Of a DNA stretch of 64,000 nucleotides, positions 1-12,163 are shown piece after piece. Made by a program: the position numbers and the translations under genes. The stretch is from Asterionella formosa (taxonomy: Eukaryota), in NCBI GenBank assembly GCA_002256025.1, contig NKIB01009877.1, positions 1 to 64,000 on the forward strand, written 5' to 3'. How positions within the stretch are numbered: position 1 is the first letter of the stretch; every line of letters begins with the position of its first letter. The notes below the pieces were generated by a model. That model ran no database searches and had not been told where the DNA came from. It was given only the letters and a program-made list of their open reading frames with translations.

Positions 1-1911
1 CACTAATTCCTTTAATTTCCCTTTAATTTAAAAATTCAGGTTTGGTGGTCAAATAATCCCCCCCCCCCCCTTACTATGATCACTTATAATGAAGTGATTG
101 GCATTCACAACAACAACAGGAACAATGATGAAGGATTTGGAAGAGTTGGAGAATCATGGGTATGACTCCAATAATTCTGATGTAGTTCAGGAACGACTAG
201 AAATTAAGATAGGCAAGAGTAAGCGGGATCACTATTTTCATCTGCTTTCAGAAGGTGAAACATCAGATTAAATCCGACTAATTAATAAAATATATATTTG
301 TCTACATTAAATTTATTTTATGTAATTCTTTCCTTCTCCTCTCTATATTCACAGGAGGTCGTTGCAAGCCCAAGGTTTGCAATCTGGTAAGAATCACATC
401 TCGCATCACAGAGCTTACAGGCAATATACACAATGGTTCCACAGTTGGCAAGTAGCCCCAACCAAGGGGTGACAAACTGACTGGAATTATCTCTGTAAGT
501 ATTTGATTATCATCCATAATCTCGTTTTCAATTATCTTCTCATTAATCACATAAATATGAAGTCGAGCACATGAATCAAGAATGCGTGCAGATGTTTCCA
601 AGCTTGTCGATAGGTTTTTTTAGAACACACCATTTTGTCTGAAGGAGACCAAATGCCATTTCTATTCTTATCCTCAGCTGTGAAAGGAAAAAGTTAAATG
701 TATCCTGTGTTGGATCATCACGTTGTGAGCCAACAATGGGAACAAGCATAACATCAGACAATGTGTAAGCTGCATCGCTGACCAGATAAAAACCTGTGTT
801 GAATGCTGCAACTCGATCGAAAATGGAACTTCGTTCAAAAGCTACTTGGTCACTGCATTTTCCCAGTGCAATCACACCAAAATAAATAAATCTTGAGTCA
901 GCATCACAAACAGCCTGGACATTGATTCCATAAGTCATGTAGTGACCGAAAAAAAATGAACCAGGGTTGTTGCCACTTTCAACTATAGTCGGGCGGTTGA
1001 TGGTGGCTAGGAAGCCGTCAATAGCACCAACACATCCTCTCATCATGCCCTCTGAGCTTTTGCATTCAAAGCTGGAAGCCAATTTGATAAATTCTTCTTA
1101 TTCTTTTGGAAAAATAATTTCGAGTTCTTCACAGTTTAGTACAGCATCAATGAACAAATCACGGCATCGATAAAGTGAAGCAATGCTACAACCGTAGGCA
1201 TGACGAATGTCGATGTAACTGCCACCAGCCAGCCATCGCAAACCAATGGCTACCACAATTTCGGGAATTATGGGCTCAGAAGTGCCACATTTGGAATAAT
1301 TCCCTGCAATCTGAATTTCCAGCATGGAGGTGAGTTTTTTGAATGCTCTGTGTGACATTCTGTATGTCTTCTCGAAAGCAATCTCATGATTGAGTTTCTT
1401 GACATATGATTGCCAGGAGATTCTTTCGTGGTGCCACTTGTGCCTTCGTTGTCGTCGTCGTTCGGATGACTGAAGCTGCCGTTTACAGCGTCGCCTTTGT
1501 CGTTTGGATGAGTGTTCTTTTTCCTCTGCTTTCTTAGCTAAATGACAGAGGAAGAAGAAATCAAGATCACTACTGTCATCATCATTATCATCAAGTAAAT
1601 CAAATGGCAACGGCATGATTCATGCAATGGTGTGTTACTAATACAATATATAGTTTACCAGTAATTATTTTTTATGTTGCTGCTTGAGATCAAGACCATC
1701 ATTATATTCTGGAGGGGTATACACATGATCTTCGCCAGCCAGTTGCCGTTGAAGATCAATGTTACTCCACGATACAATGTGATCACAAATTAGTGATACA
1801 GTGACACTTTTGGAATGAATGAAATTCAGTTCAAATCGAGTTACCGTTGCTGGTACATTTTCAAAAAAATTCAAATTCCGTGATACACGAAAAAAATGAT
1901 AAGAACGGCCC
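1..1911 (-). mobile_element. Harbinger DNA transposon; one terminus at about 1911, the other probably left of the window
   Basis: Minus-strand terminus GGGCCGTTCTTATCATT plus about 120 bp of subterminal sequence is homologous to the left end of the MITE at 45116. Confidence 0.65.
302..1616 (-). pseudogene. PIF/Harbinger-type DDE transposase (DDE_Tnp_4/HARBI1-like), disrupted
   Basis: Motifs YRMS..F..L, GLRWLAGGSY, GCVGAIDG, NVQAVCD, SDAAY, RIRIEMAFGLLQTKW, CARLH are spread over three ORFs. In-frame TAA at 1098-1100 and a frameshift near 605. Confidence 0.85.
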
Positions 1912-2446
1912 AAAGAATGCGCTATAAAAATGTTAAACATGTGAAAGTTCCATGCTGTGCATGTCTGACAACATTTATGCAGTTAATGATGACAGATGTG
2001 GGACCAGGGAATCTTGATTCGTACCGAGTACAAGTTAAAATGTATTCCACCCATCTTTGCGCGCCAATTTATTATTCCTCCCCCGCTTGATATGACCATG
2101 AGCGATCGCTGATCCAAAGATGAATGCATGTAGACTTACGTATGTATTGTATCGTAATTACCTGGTACCTGGTAACAGGTACCTATTCCGATAATGGTAT
2201 TTACGATGCACTGCAACCCCCCAGTATACCTGCTCGACTATTTTTATTACCGGGCTCTCTTGATAAATAATCAAACGGAAGTTGGGGACAATCTGTTGTG
2301 CGAACGAGAAGGATTCTAATAGCGATAAATAATCCTGATCGCTCGACTGGACGTTTCGCCTGACTCTCGATTACTTCACTTAAGCTTTATTTCCACTTCC
2401 TCGTGCTTTTAAGGAAGTAAAGTTCCCAACTTGAAGCGACTGAAGA

Positions 2447-5400
2447 ATGTCAGAATCAATGCAGAACAACAGGATGCATCATCGAGATTGGTACGAAAAG
2501 GTAATTCGGCAGCTGCAAAGCTCCAATGATCGATGCAAACAAGGTATAGTTGCTGGGTTTGAATACGCCATCCAGCCTGATGGATCATCGTTAGCGGAAC
2601 GACAATGGGAAGTGCGAAGAAATCCAACTGCTCTACAACTCGAGTTTACAAGTTCCATAAAGGGTGTTACGGATGGACTCTATCAGACTTCATTGCAGGC
2701 CATCGAGTCTTCTATTGCTGGTTCTTCTCGTAGAAACCAGCAGAAATCAGCGTATTTGGAAAACGAAAAGAGCAAGGACGGCACGATGCCAACATATCCA
2801 GAAGGTCCCGCCTTTCTTTCTCCAACCCGTAGAATTCGAAATCGACACAATGCTGTTTATGGTCAACACCTTCCGAATGGACTGAACTCTCCTGGATGCG
2901 CAATGAAAGTTTTTGGAAATCAAGGTATCCAGAAAGATGAGCGAGATCGAATCAAGAGTCTGTTGAATGAAAGTGGCGGTAGAAATCACAACAAGGAAAA
3001 TTTGCCACCGCAATATCCGAAGAAACCAACAAAATTTGACATGGATATAGACGTCGACGATGAATTTCTGGCAGGGATTGATTTAGACCATCTCATAGCA
3101 CAGCGAGGCAAGCATCAACTGGCAACCCAGACTGCCCAAATTGAGTTTGACCACGGAGTCTCCAACTTTCACGACGGTGTCTACAACCGAAGGAGCTCGT
3201 TCAGCGAGCTCAGTGTAGCTCGAGCGGAATATTTCAGCAGCAAGAATTACGATACAACGTCTTGCAATAATAATCAAACTCGTGTCTCACACAATTCTAA
3301 GGGCATCAGTGGAGATACTGGTAGCCTCGGAGGCACTTTATCGTCACCTTCAATGTCTTACCCAGACTGTGAGCCTCCCAAAGCTTCGAATAGTTCAGAT
3401 TTGACGCTTGGTGCCGACAAAAAATCTTCATTCATCAGCTTTGTAGACAAGGGCGAGTCATGTCTAGAAGCTCGTAACTGTGTATCACATACTGATGGTC
3501 GGAGTAGCTCAGGCGCTTTGTTACCCTTTCACACCGCTCAGCATGAGACCCAATTGTACTCAGTTGCCAGTACTGCTTTCATGCCTTCGGTTGGTAGCAG
3601 TAGTGATACACCGCTCTGCTCTGGACACAACCGCCCTTGCCGTTTGTTAACAGCAAATACATCCGCAAACGCTGGACGGCAATTCTACAAATGCCAAATG
3701 CCTGATGGCGACCAGTGCGACTTTTTCGAATGGACCAATGGACAAGAAGGAAACTGGAATAATAATGAGGACTTTGGAGATGCCCATGGTTCAATGTACG
3801 GTGATGGAAGCCGAATACTCGATATTTACCAAGAGAATCGACGGAAATTCGGTCATATCACTTTCAGACCTGGTCAAAAGGATGTTATCGAACATGCAAT
3901 GAAAGGTCAAGATGTTTTTGTGTTGATGCCAACAGGTGGAGGAAAGTCATTATGCTATCAGCTTCCCGCGTGGTGTTCACCTGGGCTATCGATAGTAATT
4001 TCCCCATTGCTTTCGCTTATACAGGATCAAGTTCAATCGCTAACGAAACTTGGTGTCCAGTCAGTATTTTTAAATTCAGCTCAAGACTATGAAACGGAGC
4101 AAAAGGTTATCACAGCAAGACTTTTTCAAGCTACAGATCATGGTGGTATCAAACTATTGTATATTACGCCAGAGAAGTTACGACATTCAAATATCATCCA
4201 AAATATACTGAAAAAGCTCTACGAAAGAAACCTTCTCAGTCGATTTGTTGTAGACGAAGCTCATTGTATGAGTGACTGGGCTCATGATTTCAGGCCTGAC
4301 TACGGGCAGCTGGGTATGCTTCGAAGAGAGTTTCCAAACGTTCCTATGATGGCATTGACGGCTACCGCGAACGAAAAGGTGGTCAATGATGCGATCAAAG
4401 CTCTTGGAATGAAAAATGAGTATCGTTTCAAATCATCATTCAATCGCCCAAATTTACACTATGAAGTTAGGAAGAAAGACGGGAAGAGCATAGAAAAGAT
4501 TGGCGAATTCATCGTGAGTCGTCCACAAGACTCTGGCGTTATCTATTGTTTGAGTCGTAAGGATTGCGAAACTGTTTCGGAAGCGCTGCAGCAAAAACTG
4601 AACGAGAAAGGTTGCGGGCATGTACGTGTGTCCTTTTATCATGCTGAGTTGGATGATCAGGAACGAACCCGCCGTCACCATGCATGGAGTTCAGGGAAGA
4701 TAAGTGTTCTATGTGCCACGATTGCTTTCGGTATGGGTATCGACAAGCCGGATGTTCGGTTTGTCATTCATTTCTCCATGCCCAAGTCAATCACTCACTA
4801 CTACCAAGAATCTGGCCGAGCCGGGCGCGACGGCGCGAAAGCCGATTGTATTTTGTACTATGCCTATAAGGACAAGAAAGTGTTAGAAACTATGATTCGA
4901 AAGGGATCAAACAATCCAAATAATCAGAGCACCCGCCGAAAGATTGATCAATTGTATACTTGCTTGCGATACTGTGAGAATGAGTTTATTTGTCGACGTA
5001 CTATGCAACTCGAATTCTTTGGCGAGAAGTTTGAAAAGGCGAATTGTGGCAAAACATGCGACAACTGCAAAGCTGGATTGGAAGCTGAGCGTAGAAACCT
5101 CACATCAGTTGCTTGCCAAATGTTGCAGCTTCTGCAGGATATTTCATCTCAAAAAAATGGACGAGGAGTTACAATGGTACAATTGACAGAAATCTATAAA
5201 GGGAGCAAGAGCAAGTCGGCCACGAAATTCTTGAATGTAGAACGACTGACAGGCTGTGGGAAAGGAAGAGCATATAGCAAGTCTGATCTGGACCGCATAG
5301 CTCATGCAATGATCTTTGACAAGATCCTTTTGGAGACCCCAGAACAAAATGGCGGGGGATACACCGCTGACTACATAACACCAGGTGAAAACGCTCTAGC

Positions 5401-6196
5401 AACGCAAAACGGCCAACGGCAGTTTTTCGTTGAATTTCCAAGAAGCATCCCAAAGGCTGTATGCGCAAAGAAAGAGGCTAAAAGCAAGAAACTCACCCCG
5501 ACAAAGGGGCGGACTCTGAAGGAGGCAAACAAATCTGGGCAGGGACGCAAGCCTCTCAATGGACCACACGCGATGTCCGACTGGGAAGTTTCCGACGGCG
5601 AAAGTGGTGTAGATGATAACGCCGAAATTGAAAATCGCAAGACAGTTAGCAAGGCAACGGTGGCACCACGCGTGCTCCCCCTGAAAGAGACGCAGGCCTT
5701 GGTCGCACGGATCAAGAAACTGGTAGGAATGTGGGCCGACGAAGAACAAATGAATGGCAACCGAGTCTTTTGTAAGTCGAAAGGATTGCACTTGATTGCT
5801 TCATTGTGTGCCGAACTCACCTTGTTTTATTGTTCCTCAGACTGGAACATTATCAGCCACGATGCCACGGCGGCGATTTGCGACGAAGTACCGACGACAG
5901 TGGCCGAACTCCATGGTTTAGGTGTTCTTGGAGAGAACGTCGTCAACGAGTACGGTGAACGCCTCGTGAAAAATATCAACGCTTTCATCGTAACAGAGAA
6001 TCTACAAAAATATATTGATAAGCGGCCTCTAAAACGTCCTAAAACCTCTGATTTCAGAGACCGAACGATCAACAGCTCCTCTATAACTACCGGCAATCCG
6101 GCTTTCGTTGCTAGCCTAAGCACTGAAGGCCAGGAAGTTGATGAGTTCGATTCTGAGATTGATTTTGGGGCAATTACTCTACCGCCTGGCGCTTAA
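2447..6196 (+). CDS. RecQ family (BLM/RecQ4A-like) DNA helicase with zf-GRF, helicase core, RQC and HRDC-like domains; probable intron 5772-5840
   Basis: FRPGQ, MPTGGGKSLCYQ, DEAHC, ATIAFGMGIDKPDVRFV, YYQESGRAGRDG, CRR..CDNC Zn motif, GRQFYKC zf-GRF. Removing the 69-nt GTAAGT..TCAG intron restores VFYWNI. Confidence 0.93.
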   Translation: MSESMQNNRMHHRDWYEKVIRQLQSSNDRCKQGIVAGFEYAIQPDGSSLAERQWEVRRNPTALQLEFTSSIKGVTDGLYQTSLQAIESSIAGSSRRNQQKSAYLENEKSKDGTMPTYPEGPAFLSPTRRIRNRHNAVYGQHLPNGLNSPGCAMKVFGNQGIQKDERDRIKSLLNESGGRNHNKENLPPQYPKKPTKFDMDIDVDDEFLAGIDLDHLIAQRGKHQLATQTAQIEFDHGVSNFHDGVYNRRSSFSELSVARAEYFSSKNYDTTSCNNNQTRVSHNSKGISGDTGSLGGTLSSPSMSYPDCEPPKASNSSDLTLGADKKSSFISFVDKGESCLEARNCVSHTDGRSSSGALLPFHTAQHETQLYSVASTAFMPSVGSSSDTPLCSGHNRPCRLLTANTSANAGRQFYKCQMPDGDQCDFFEWTNGQEGNWNNNEDFGDAHGSMYGDGSRILDIYQENRRKFGHITFRPGQKDVIEHAMKGQDVFVLMPTGGGKSLCYQLPAWCSPGLSIVISPLLSLIQDQVQSLTKLGVQSVFLNSAQDYETEQKVITARLFQATDHGGIKLLYITPEKLRHSNIIQNILKKLYERNLLSRFVVDEAHCMSDWAHDFRPDYGQLGMLRREFPNVPMMALTATANEKVVNDAIKALGMKNEYRFKSSFNRPNLHYEVRKKDGKSIEKIGEFIVSRPQDSGVIYCLSRKDCETVSEALQQKLNEKGCGHVRVSFYHAELDDQERTRRHHAWSSGKISVLCATIAFGMGIDKPDVRFVIHFSMPKSITHYYQESGRAGRDGAKADCILYYAYKDKKVLETMIRKGSNNPNNQSTRRKIDQLYTCLRYCENEFICRRTMQLEFFGEKFEKANCGKTCDNCKAGLEAERRNLTSVACQMLQLLQDISSQKNGRGVTMVQLTEIYKGSKSKSATKFLNVERLTGCGKGRAYSKSDLDRIAHAMIFDKILLETPEQNGGGYTADYITPGENALATQNGQRQFFVEFPRSIPKAVCAKKEAKSKKLTPTKGRTLKEANKSGQGRKPLNGPHAMSDWEVSDGESGVDDNAEIENRKTVSKATVAPRVLPLKETQALVARIKKLVGMWADEEQMNGNRVFCKSKGLHLIASLCAELTLFYCSSDWNIISHDATAAICDEVPTTVAELHGLGVLGENVVNEYGERLVKNINAFIVTENLQKYIDKRPLKRPKTSDFRDRTINSSSITTGNPAFVASLSTEGQEVDEFDSEIDFGAITLPPGA

Positions 6197-6569
6197 CCTA
6201 GTTCAACTACCGGAAGCCATGACTGTAACAAACAAACATCGCCCATGCACCGACCTGCGAACTTACTAAAATGCTGCCAAGCTTCGTACACTATATACCC
6301 TGCAGGTCTACTGGTGGTCCTGTTTGTCCTAAACGGTGTAGGAAGGAGACTGAAAGATTCTCGTGCACCATATCTGGAAATTGGCATTTTGTTCTACATA
6401 CACTGTTTTCTTAAGATCAGACTACCAGGTTCCGGTATTGCGGGTCGACTTGATGCCTAGACTATACCGGGTACAGTACCTCATACTCGGAGCACGGCTG
6501 TCAGCATGGGCTAATCTTCCTGGCACAACGAATACATATCATATTTACCTGTCACCCATTTTCTGGTAT

Positions 6570-7178
6570 TCGCCATGGTCTTCTCATACCAATATACACT
6601 ATAGGTAGTTTCGTTCTACTTAATGAAAGGAAATACCTTATCATTTACAAATATAATTCATATACCGGTATACAGTTATATGACTGCCATTGTAGAGTGA
6701 ATAAAAACGGGGATACGGGGACGTGAGAAAACAATTGTGAGTTGCTCCTCACGAAAACTAAACTTTACAACTAACCAACACACAGACAAGCGATTGAACT
6801 TGCATTGAATTCATTGACGACAGGTGGAACCTATTTAGCTTACCGATATGAATGTATCGTGTATAGCTACATCGCCATGGTCTTCTCATACCAATATACA
6901 CAATAGGTAGTTTCGTTCTATTTAATGAAAGGAAATACCTTATCATTTACAAATATAATTCATGTACCGGTATACAGTTATATGACTGCCATTGTAGAGT
7001 GAATAAAAACCGGGATACGGGGACGTGAGAAAACAATTGTGAGTTGCTCCTCACGAAAACTAAACTTTACAACTAACCAACACACAGACAAGCGATTGAA
7101 CTTGCATTGAATTCATTGACGACAGGTGGAACCTATTTAGCTAACAAGGTACCGATATGTATGTATCGTGAATAGCTT
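6570..7178. repeat. Tandem duplication, unit about 302 bp, two near-identical copies
   Basis: TCGCCATGGTCTTCTCATACC... starts at both 6570 and 6872 and stays aligned with few differences. Confidence 0.92.
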
Positions 7179-7663
7179 ACCTGGTACTATAGGCTAAATC
7201 GTTTGCCACTACCGGTACCAGGTACCTGTACCTGGTACCGGTAAGCAAAAGGGGATGGGACCAGAAAATGTTCATTACCGCCCTCCGCCGTATTTCCAGA
7301 TGGTCGCAGGCAGCACTACCTGGGACTAGGTAGCAGGGTACCTAGTACGGTATGTATATGTGTAACAATTACCGTATGTGTCATAAAAGTCTACATAAAA
7401 GAGTCGAACGGATTGTTTCAGCCAACCGGCGTCGAGAAGGGGAGCAAGTCCACCGCCACCACGCAGAAAACTGAACAAAATCATTAAAAGGAAAGGACAT
7501 GAATTAATGATAATTAATAATTTAATAAGCAAGGGTTTGTTGATGTCAAAGATTTCGTCGCGACTCCAATCATTTGATTCAAGTTTCTCGACATAAAAGC
7601 TTCTCGAATAAAGCCATTTTTCAGCTTCACTTTCGCTGATTTCCAAATTTTGTTTGAATAGCA

Positions 7664-9724
7664 ATGATGGCGACATATCGTCTACTATTTCTGGCTTTCA
7701 CTGCAACTGTAGATGCGTTTGCACCCCACTCAACGATGAGGTCGTTGGACACCTCGCTGAAAGCATTCGCACCACCCACATTCATTATCGGCCCAATGAT
7801 TAAAAGGATGCGAGAAGAACAGGAAAAGAAGAGGATGCCAATGGCTAGTGATCAAGAAAGAGCATACGAAGCACCGGGTCTCAGAGTCGGATCTAGCGCA
7901 TGGAAATGGCCACCTGTTTGGCCCTATGATCGAAGCTTCTTCGTACCCAAGGAGGACCTTATCACCCAAGGTGCTCCTGATCTCGCAAGTATGGCGGGAA
8001 TGATGAATGGCGTTCCTCAAATACCTACAGTCGGAGAAGCCAAGGAAGTGTCAACTTTTGATGTCATTAGTTATTGGAACGAAGAACTTGCGAATGTCGC
8101 GACTGAGTTGGACCCAGAAGCAGCTGAGAACCTCAAGAAGTAAGTTATACGTAATGTTGATGATGCTTCATTTTATTCCTTTGCTGAAGTAAACGATTCT
8201 TCCAATTCCAGCCACTACGGATTCTATCTCGAAGATGGCATGACCGTCCTTGAGCTCGGCGCAGCCGAAGAATCGTACCTCCCAGATGACCTGAAGCTTG
8301 CTCGCCATGTTGGTGTAGGGGCTTCGAAGTCAGCGATGGAAAGGAACTCTGCATTAACCGAGTCGATGGTGGTGGACCTGAATAATGTTGTGGAGGAGGA
8401 AGGAATCAACTCCGAGGAACTAGAGAGGCTCGCGGCAGTGCAGTTTGATGCCATCCTCATGGCTAATACAGTGGACTTTTTAACTAGTCCTCGTGAGGTT
8501 TACAAGTGAGTCTTGAATGATTCAGCTATTATTTGATTATTTTTGTGAGATGCTAACCCATGGTTTTACAGAACTGCTTGGTCCCTTCTCAAGCCTGGAG
8601 GAATCATGATCGTAGCGTTCAGCAATAAAGATGCTTACAAATCGAAGTTTGAGCGAGCACAAACCAAGATGTGGAGAGATTTCAACGACGACCAGCACAT
8701 GTGGGTGTGTGGATCGTTCTTTCAATTCAGTGCTGGCGATGGTTGGATGGATTTGAAAGGATTTGATATCTCGCCTGAAGGCGCAAAGGACAATTCGGAC
8801 ACTGGTCCATTTTCTTTCTTGAAGGGAGGAAAGAACAACAACATCTACGTTGTTCAGGCAAAGAAGGGTTTTCAAGAAGAGAAAATCGATGAATCCAATC
8901 CAGAAAAATATTTCAAGTCAAAGATGTGGATGCTTCCAATTATGGAGGAGAGAGACAAGACCCTCGTCACTCCGAGATTACGACGTGCCTACGAATATGC
9001 CCTGACCGAAAAGGAAAAAGAGGCCATTGAACGTAACGTGGACCATCTCCCGTCAATCTATGAAAGCCTTATCAAGATGGATCAGTTTGCATTCACTTTT
9101 AATATGCAAGCTCAGCTTGCAGTCGATCTCGTTGTGGACGAACAATTCAATGGAAACGACGAGCAACTTACCGCTCTAAAACAAGGGTTAGGTCTTAAAA
9201 TCCCTTCCGAAGAATTCTGGGCACCTATTGGCCAATTGACGGCAGCAATGGACGCAGAAGAGAAGATCAACCTGTTAGCTCACCTTGTTCCTCGATTTGG
9301 TAGTGGTGACCCCGAGCAAGAAATTGCTCTGCAAACGTTTGTTACTGGATTGAAGCCTACCTTTGCTTGCATTCGGTCAAAGTGCCCTGACCTTTCGGAA
9401 GCTGACGTTCAACTGTTGGGTTCTGAATTGCTCGCTGCTGAAGTGTTGAAGCCTGGAAGAAGCACACGGGAAGAGTTTGCTGCATGGCTTGGAACACTGA
9501 ACATGGCTGAGATGCAAGAGATTCTCGCCGCCCGCAAGAGAGTCAAGGATGAAGCAAATGCCCAACTCGAAGAATTTCGAACAAGAAAGATCGAAGAAGC
9601 AGCAAGAGAGGAAGCTGAACGGAACGCGATTAAGGAGCAAGTAGAAGCTGCTAGGAAAGAAAGATCATTAGTTTTCAACCCAAAGACTGGAAAGTTGGAA
9701 CCATTACCCGACAAGAAGAAATAG
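7664..9724 (+). CDS. Plastid-targeted class I SAM-dependent methyltransferase-like protein with C-terminal extension; introns 8140-8211 and 8506-8571
   Basis: Signal peptide plus DA-FAP motif; VLELGAA, FDAILM, LLKPGGIMIVAFS. Canonical introns join three ORFs in frame. Confidence 0.8.
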
Positions 9725-10765
9725 GCCAGAGTGCTATTATTCAAATAACCCATAGATTTATAAGATAACCTTAAGTTCTTCACATTGATTGTTATAGACC
9801 TTCAATAATAATACCGAAAAATTCGATGTATGCGCCACATAGTATCGCCCCTAAAAAAATTACTTTGAGCCTAAATATTGGTAGTTCGAAGTATTCAAGA
9901 GAAAACAATCAGGGTAATGCACCTACCCAGAGAACATCACAACTGTTATGATACAGTCCTAAAAATCATAATTTGTAAATCTTATGCTATATTATGACTG
10001 ATGCTTATCTATGTGTGACCTATAATTATCCCTTCACATGTGTCAGACCCAGCTAAAGGATGGCATGGTTGCAAATTCTGTGTTATTGGTACATGTGCTG
10101 CTTGGCCTGTATCTGTCCATAATAATGAATCTAGAAATTCTTAAATAGCCGTTTTTCCTTCATAAAGAAGTACAGGAATGGTGAGACAATTGCTGGAGCA
10201 GGTATGGCTGTCTATATCATCAGCTATATAGGTCTAGTCTGGAGGGACCTGGCAACTCTCGTGATCCTTCCCTCAATCCTGGACTCGTAGGATTCCCTAG
10301 GTTTCATCATGTCGGTATAGCTATTAGTGCAAAACGGTAAACCGGTATAGGCGTAGGCACATGTATTGTACAGGGTCTATATACGTATATGTACGTTCAT
10401 GAGGATTTGCCGGGAGTTGACGGAAACTCTGAAGTGCGTGCGAAAAGTCACGTCCAAAAACTGTTTTTCATCTAAAATCGACCTCGTGGTATCATTTTTT
10501 TTAAAGCTTACTACCGGTAGCCCCTTTTTTGGGATAGTTACGATTCCTAGGGGGGATATAAGCATATCTGCATATAGATCATATCCCGAAGTCGAGCAAT
10601 GACTGTATATACCGGTAAGGATATGCGAAGTGTTCGTATTAGTGAAAGCTTTTTTTTCCTTTAACTCTTTTATTTAGTTGTTTGTACTGTGTAGTTTGAA
10701 GTACATCATAAATTTGTTTTGGAAAAACAGACCTCGCGATGTGTAACTGCCGGGCCGCAACCTTC

Positions 10766-10877
10766 ACGTGAAGTTCGAAAAAGACCGCAGGAAAAGTCGA
10801 ATATCCAGATTTTCTCGCTCACTTGCGGTCTTTTACGGTCTTTTACGGTCTTTTACGGTCTTTTGCGAACTTCACGT
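10766..10877. repeat. Inverted repeat enclosing a (CGGTCTTTTA)n decamer microarray
   Basis: ACGTGAAGTTCG-AAAAAGACCG is mirrored by CGGTCTTTTT-G-CGAACTTCACGT, with 3-4 tandem CGGTCTTTTA units. Confidence 0.7.
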
Positions 10878-11327
10878 TCTTTTGCGGTCTTTTAAGCTCT
10901 TGTCGTTCGAACTCTCTCGGTGCGATCCTACCAGGTAAACAATTTCTTCCCGTCTATTGGAACGAATGTTCATATTGCCCATGGATGTTTAATGCCTTAT
11001 CAGAGCTTAAGTTCGCTTTGACCAAATGAAAGTCGCGCGTACTTTTCAAGAAGAACACGCGACTAGAGTTTCGCATTATATACGGCAAATAGACAGCGAG
11101 GTCATCTGTGCACGATACACATAAGGAATTTTCCACATCACGAGGAAGTATGGAGTTTCCCGTACCAGGTACCGGTACCTCCCTGGACCGTATGGCACAA
11201 GAGATGTCGACACCATGATTGTTGTCTCACTTCTAAAATGATTATTAATCCCAGTAATACATTTTAATCTACGTAATCGACTAATACACTTTTACTCCTA
11301 CCTGGTACACCAAGTTTACTTGTCACG

Positions 11328-11837
11328 ATGGTGTTGTTTACAAAGATTGCAGAACGCTTGGGTCTGTTTGATATTTTAGCACCCAGGAACAGGGAGAGAC
11401 AAGAGGATTCGGCGACAAGCGAAAAGGCAGCGACAAGCACAAGAAATAGAACCAGAAACACAATGAAAGGAAGTCATCCCCAACAATCCGAAGAAAATGA
11501 AGATGACCTTCAATTGAAGCTGAGGGATTCATCTCTTCAAGCCCAAAGAGTGAGGGAAGATCAAGCGGCAAGGGTCGGAGCATTCGCAATGAAGCAGCGA
11601 GTAAAATATCACCACAAGGCAACACATACGTTTTTCGATGCACATGTAGTTGGAGTGCACTTGGATGATGGACCAGACAAGCCATACTACACTATCAAAT
11701 ACACAACACGCGATGTCGCGGTTGATGAGAACGGGAAGCAGGATATCTCGGAATTAATTATGGAAAAGCAGACAACATGTGATCGATTGGAAAGGGTGCC
11801 CTTCAGCGAAGAAGAAACTTGGAAGCTCATCAATTGA
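11328..11837 (+). CDS. Hypothetical protein, 169 aa
   Basis: Clean ORF with ATG, protein-like composition and a globular-looking C-terminal half; lies downstream of a GGTACC motif cluster. Confidence 0.6.
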   Translation: MVLFTKIAERLGLFDILAPRNRERQEDSATSEKAATSTRNRTRNTMKGSHPQQSEENEDDLQLKLRDSSLQAQRVREDQAARVGAFAMKQRVKYHHKATHTFFDAHVVGVHLDDGPDKPYYTIKYTTRDVAVDENGKQDISELIMEKQTTCDRLERVPFSEEETWKLIN

Positions 11838-12163
11838 TATGACATGTAACATTAACTTTGTCATCAGTTGTCAGTACAGTTCGCATATACTCATACTGGT
11901 CATTGAGAATTTTCTATGAAGTACTTAGCAACTTTGTTTTCACTAGTTTTGGTCGTCTCAGTTGACCCCGCACCAAGTTCCATGGCTGCACGCTATGTTG
12001 AGTCGTGCCCTAGAGAGTGGCATTTAATTATTATGCGAAATACTATAGCTTTCAATGGCTGGTGAAAATCCGCATCCCCTCCTCTTCCTCGAAACCTCAG
12101 ACGCGCCAGGCAAATGGAAGTGTAAGAGTAAATTAGGTTTTGCGGCAACTGCTAATTATTATC

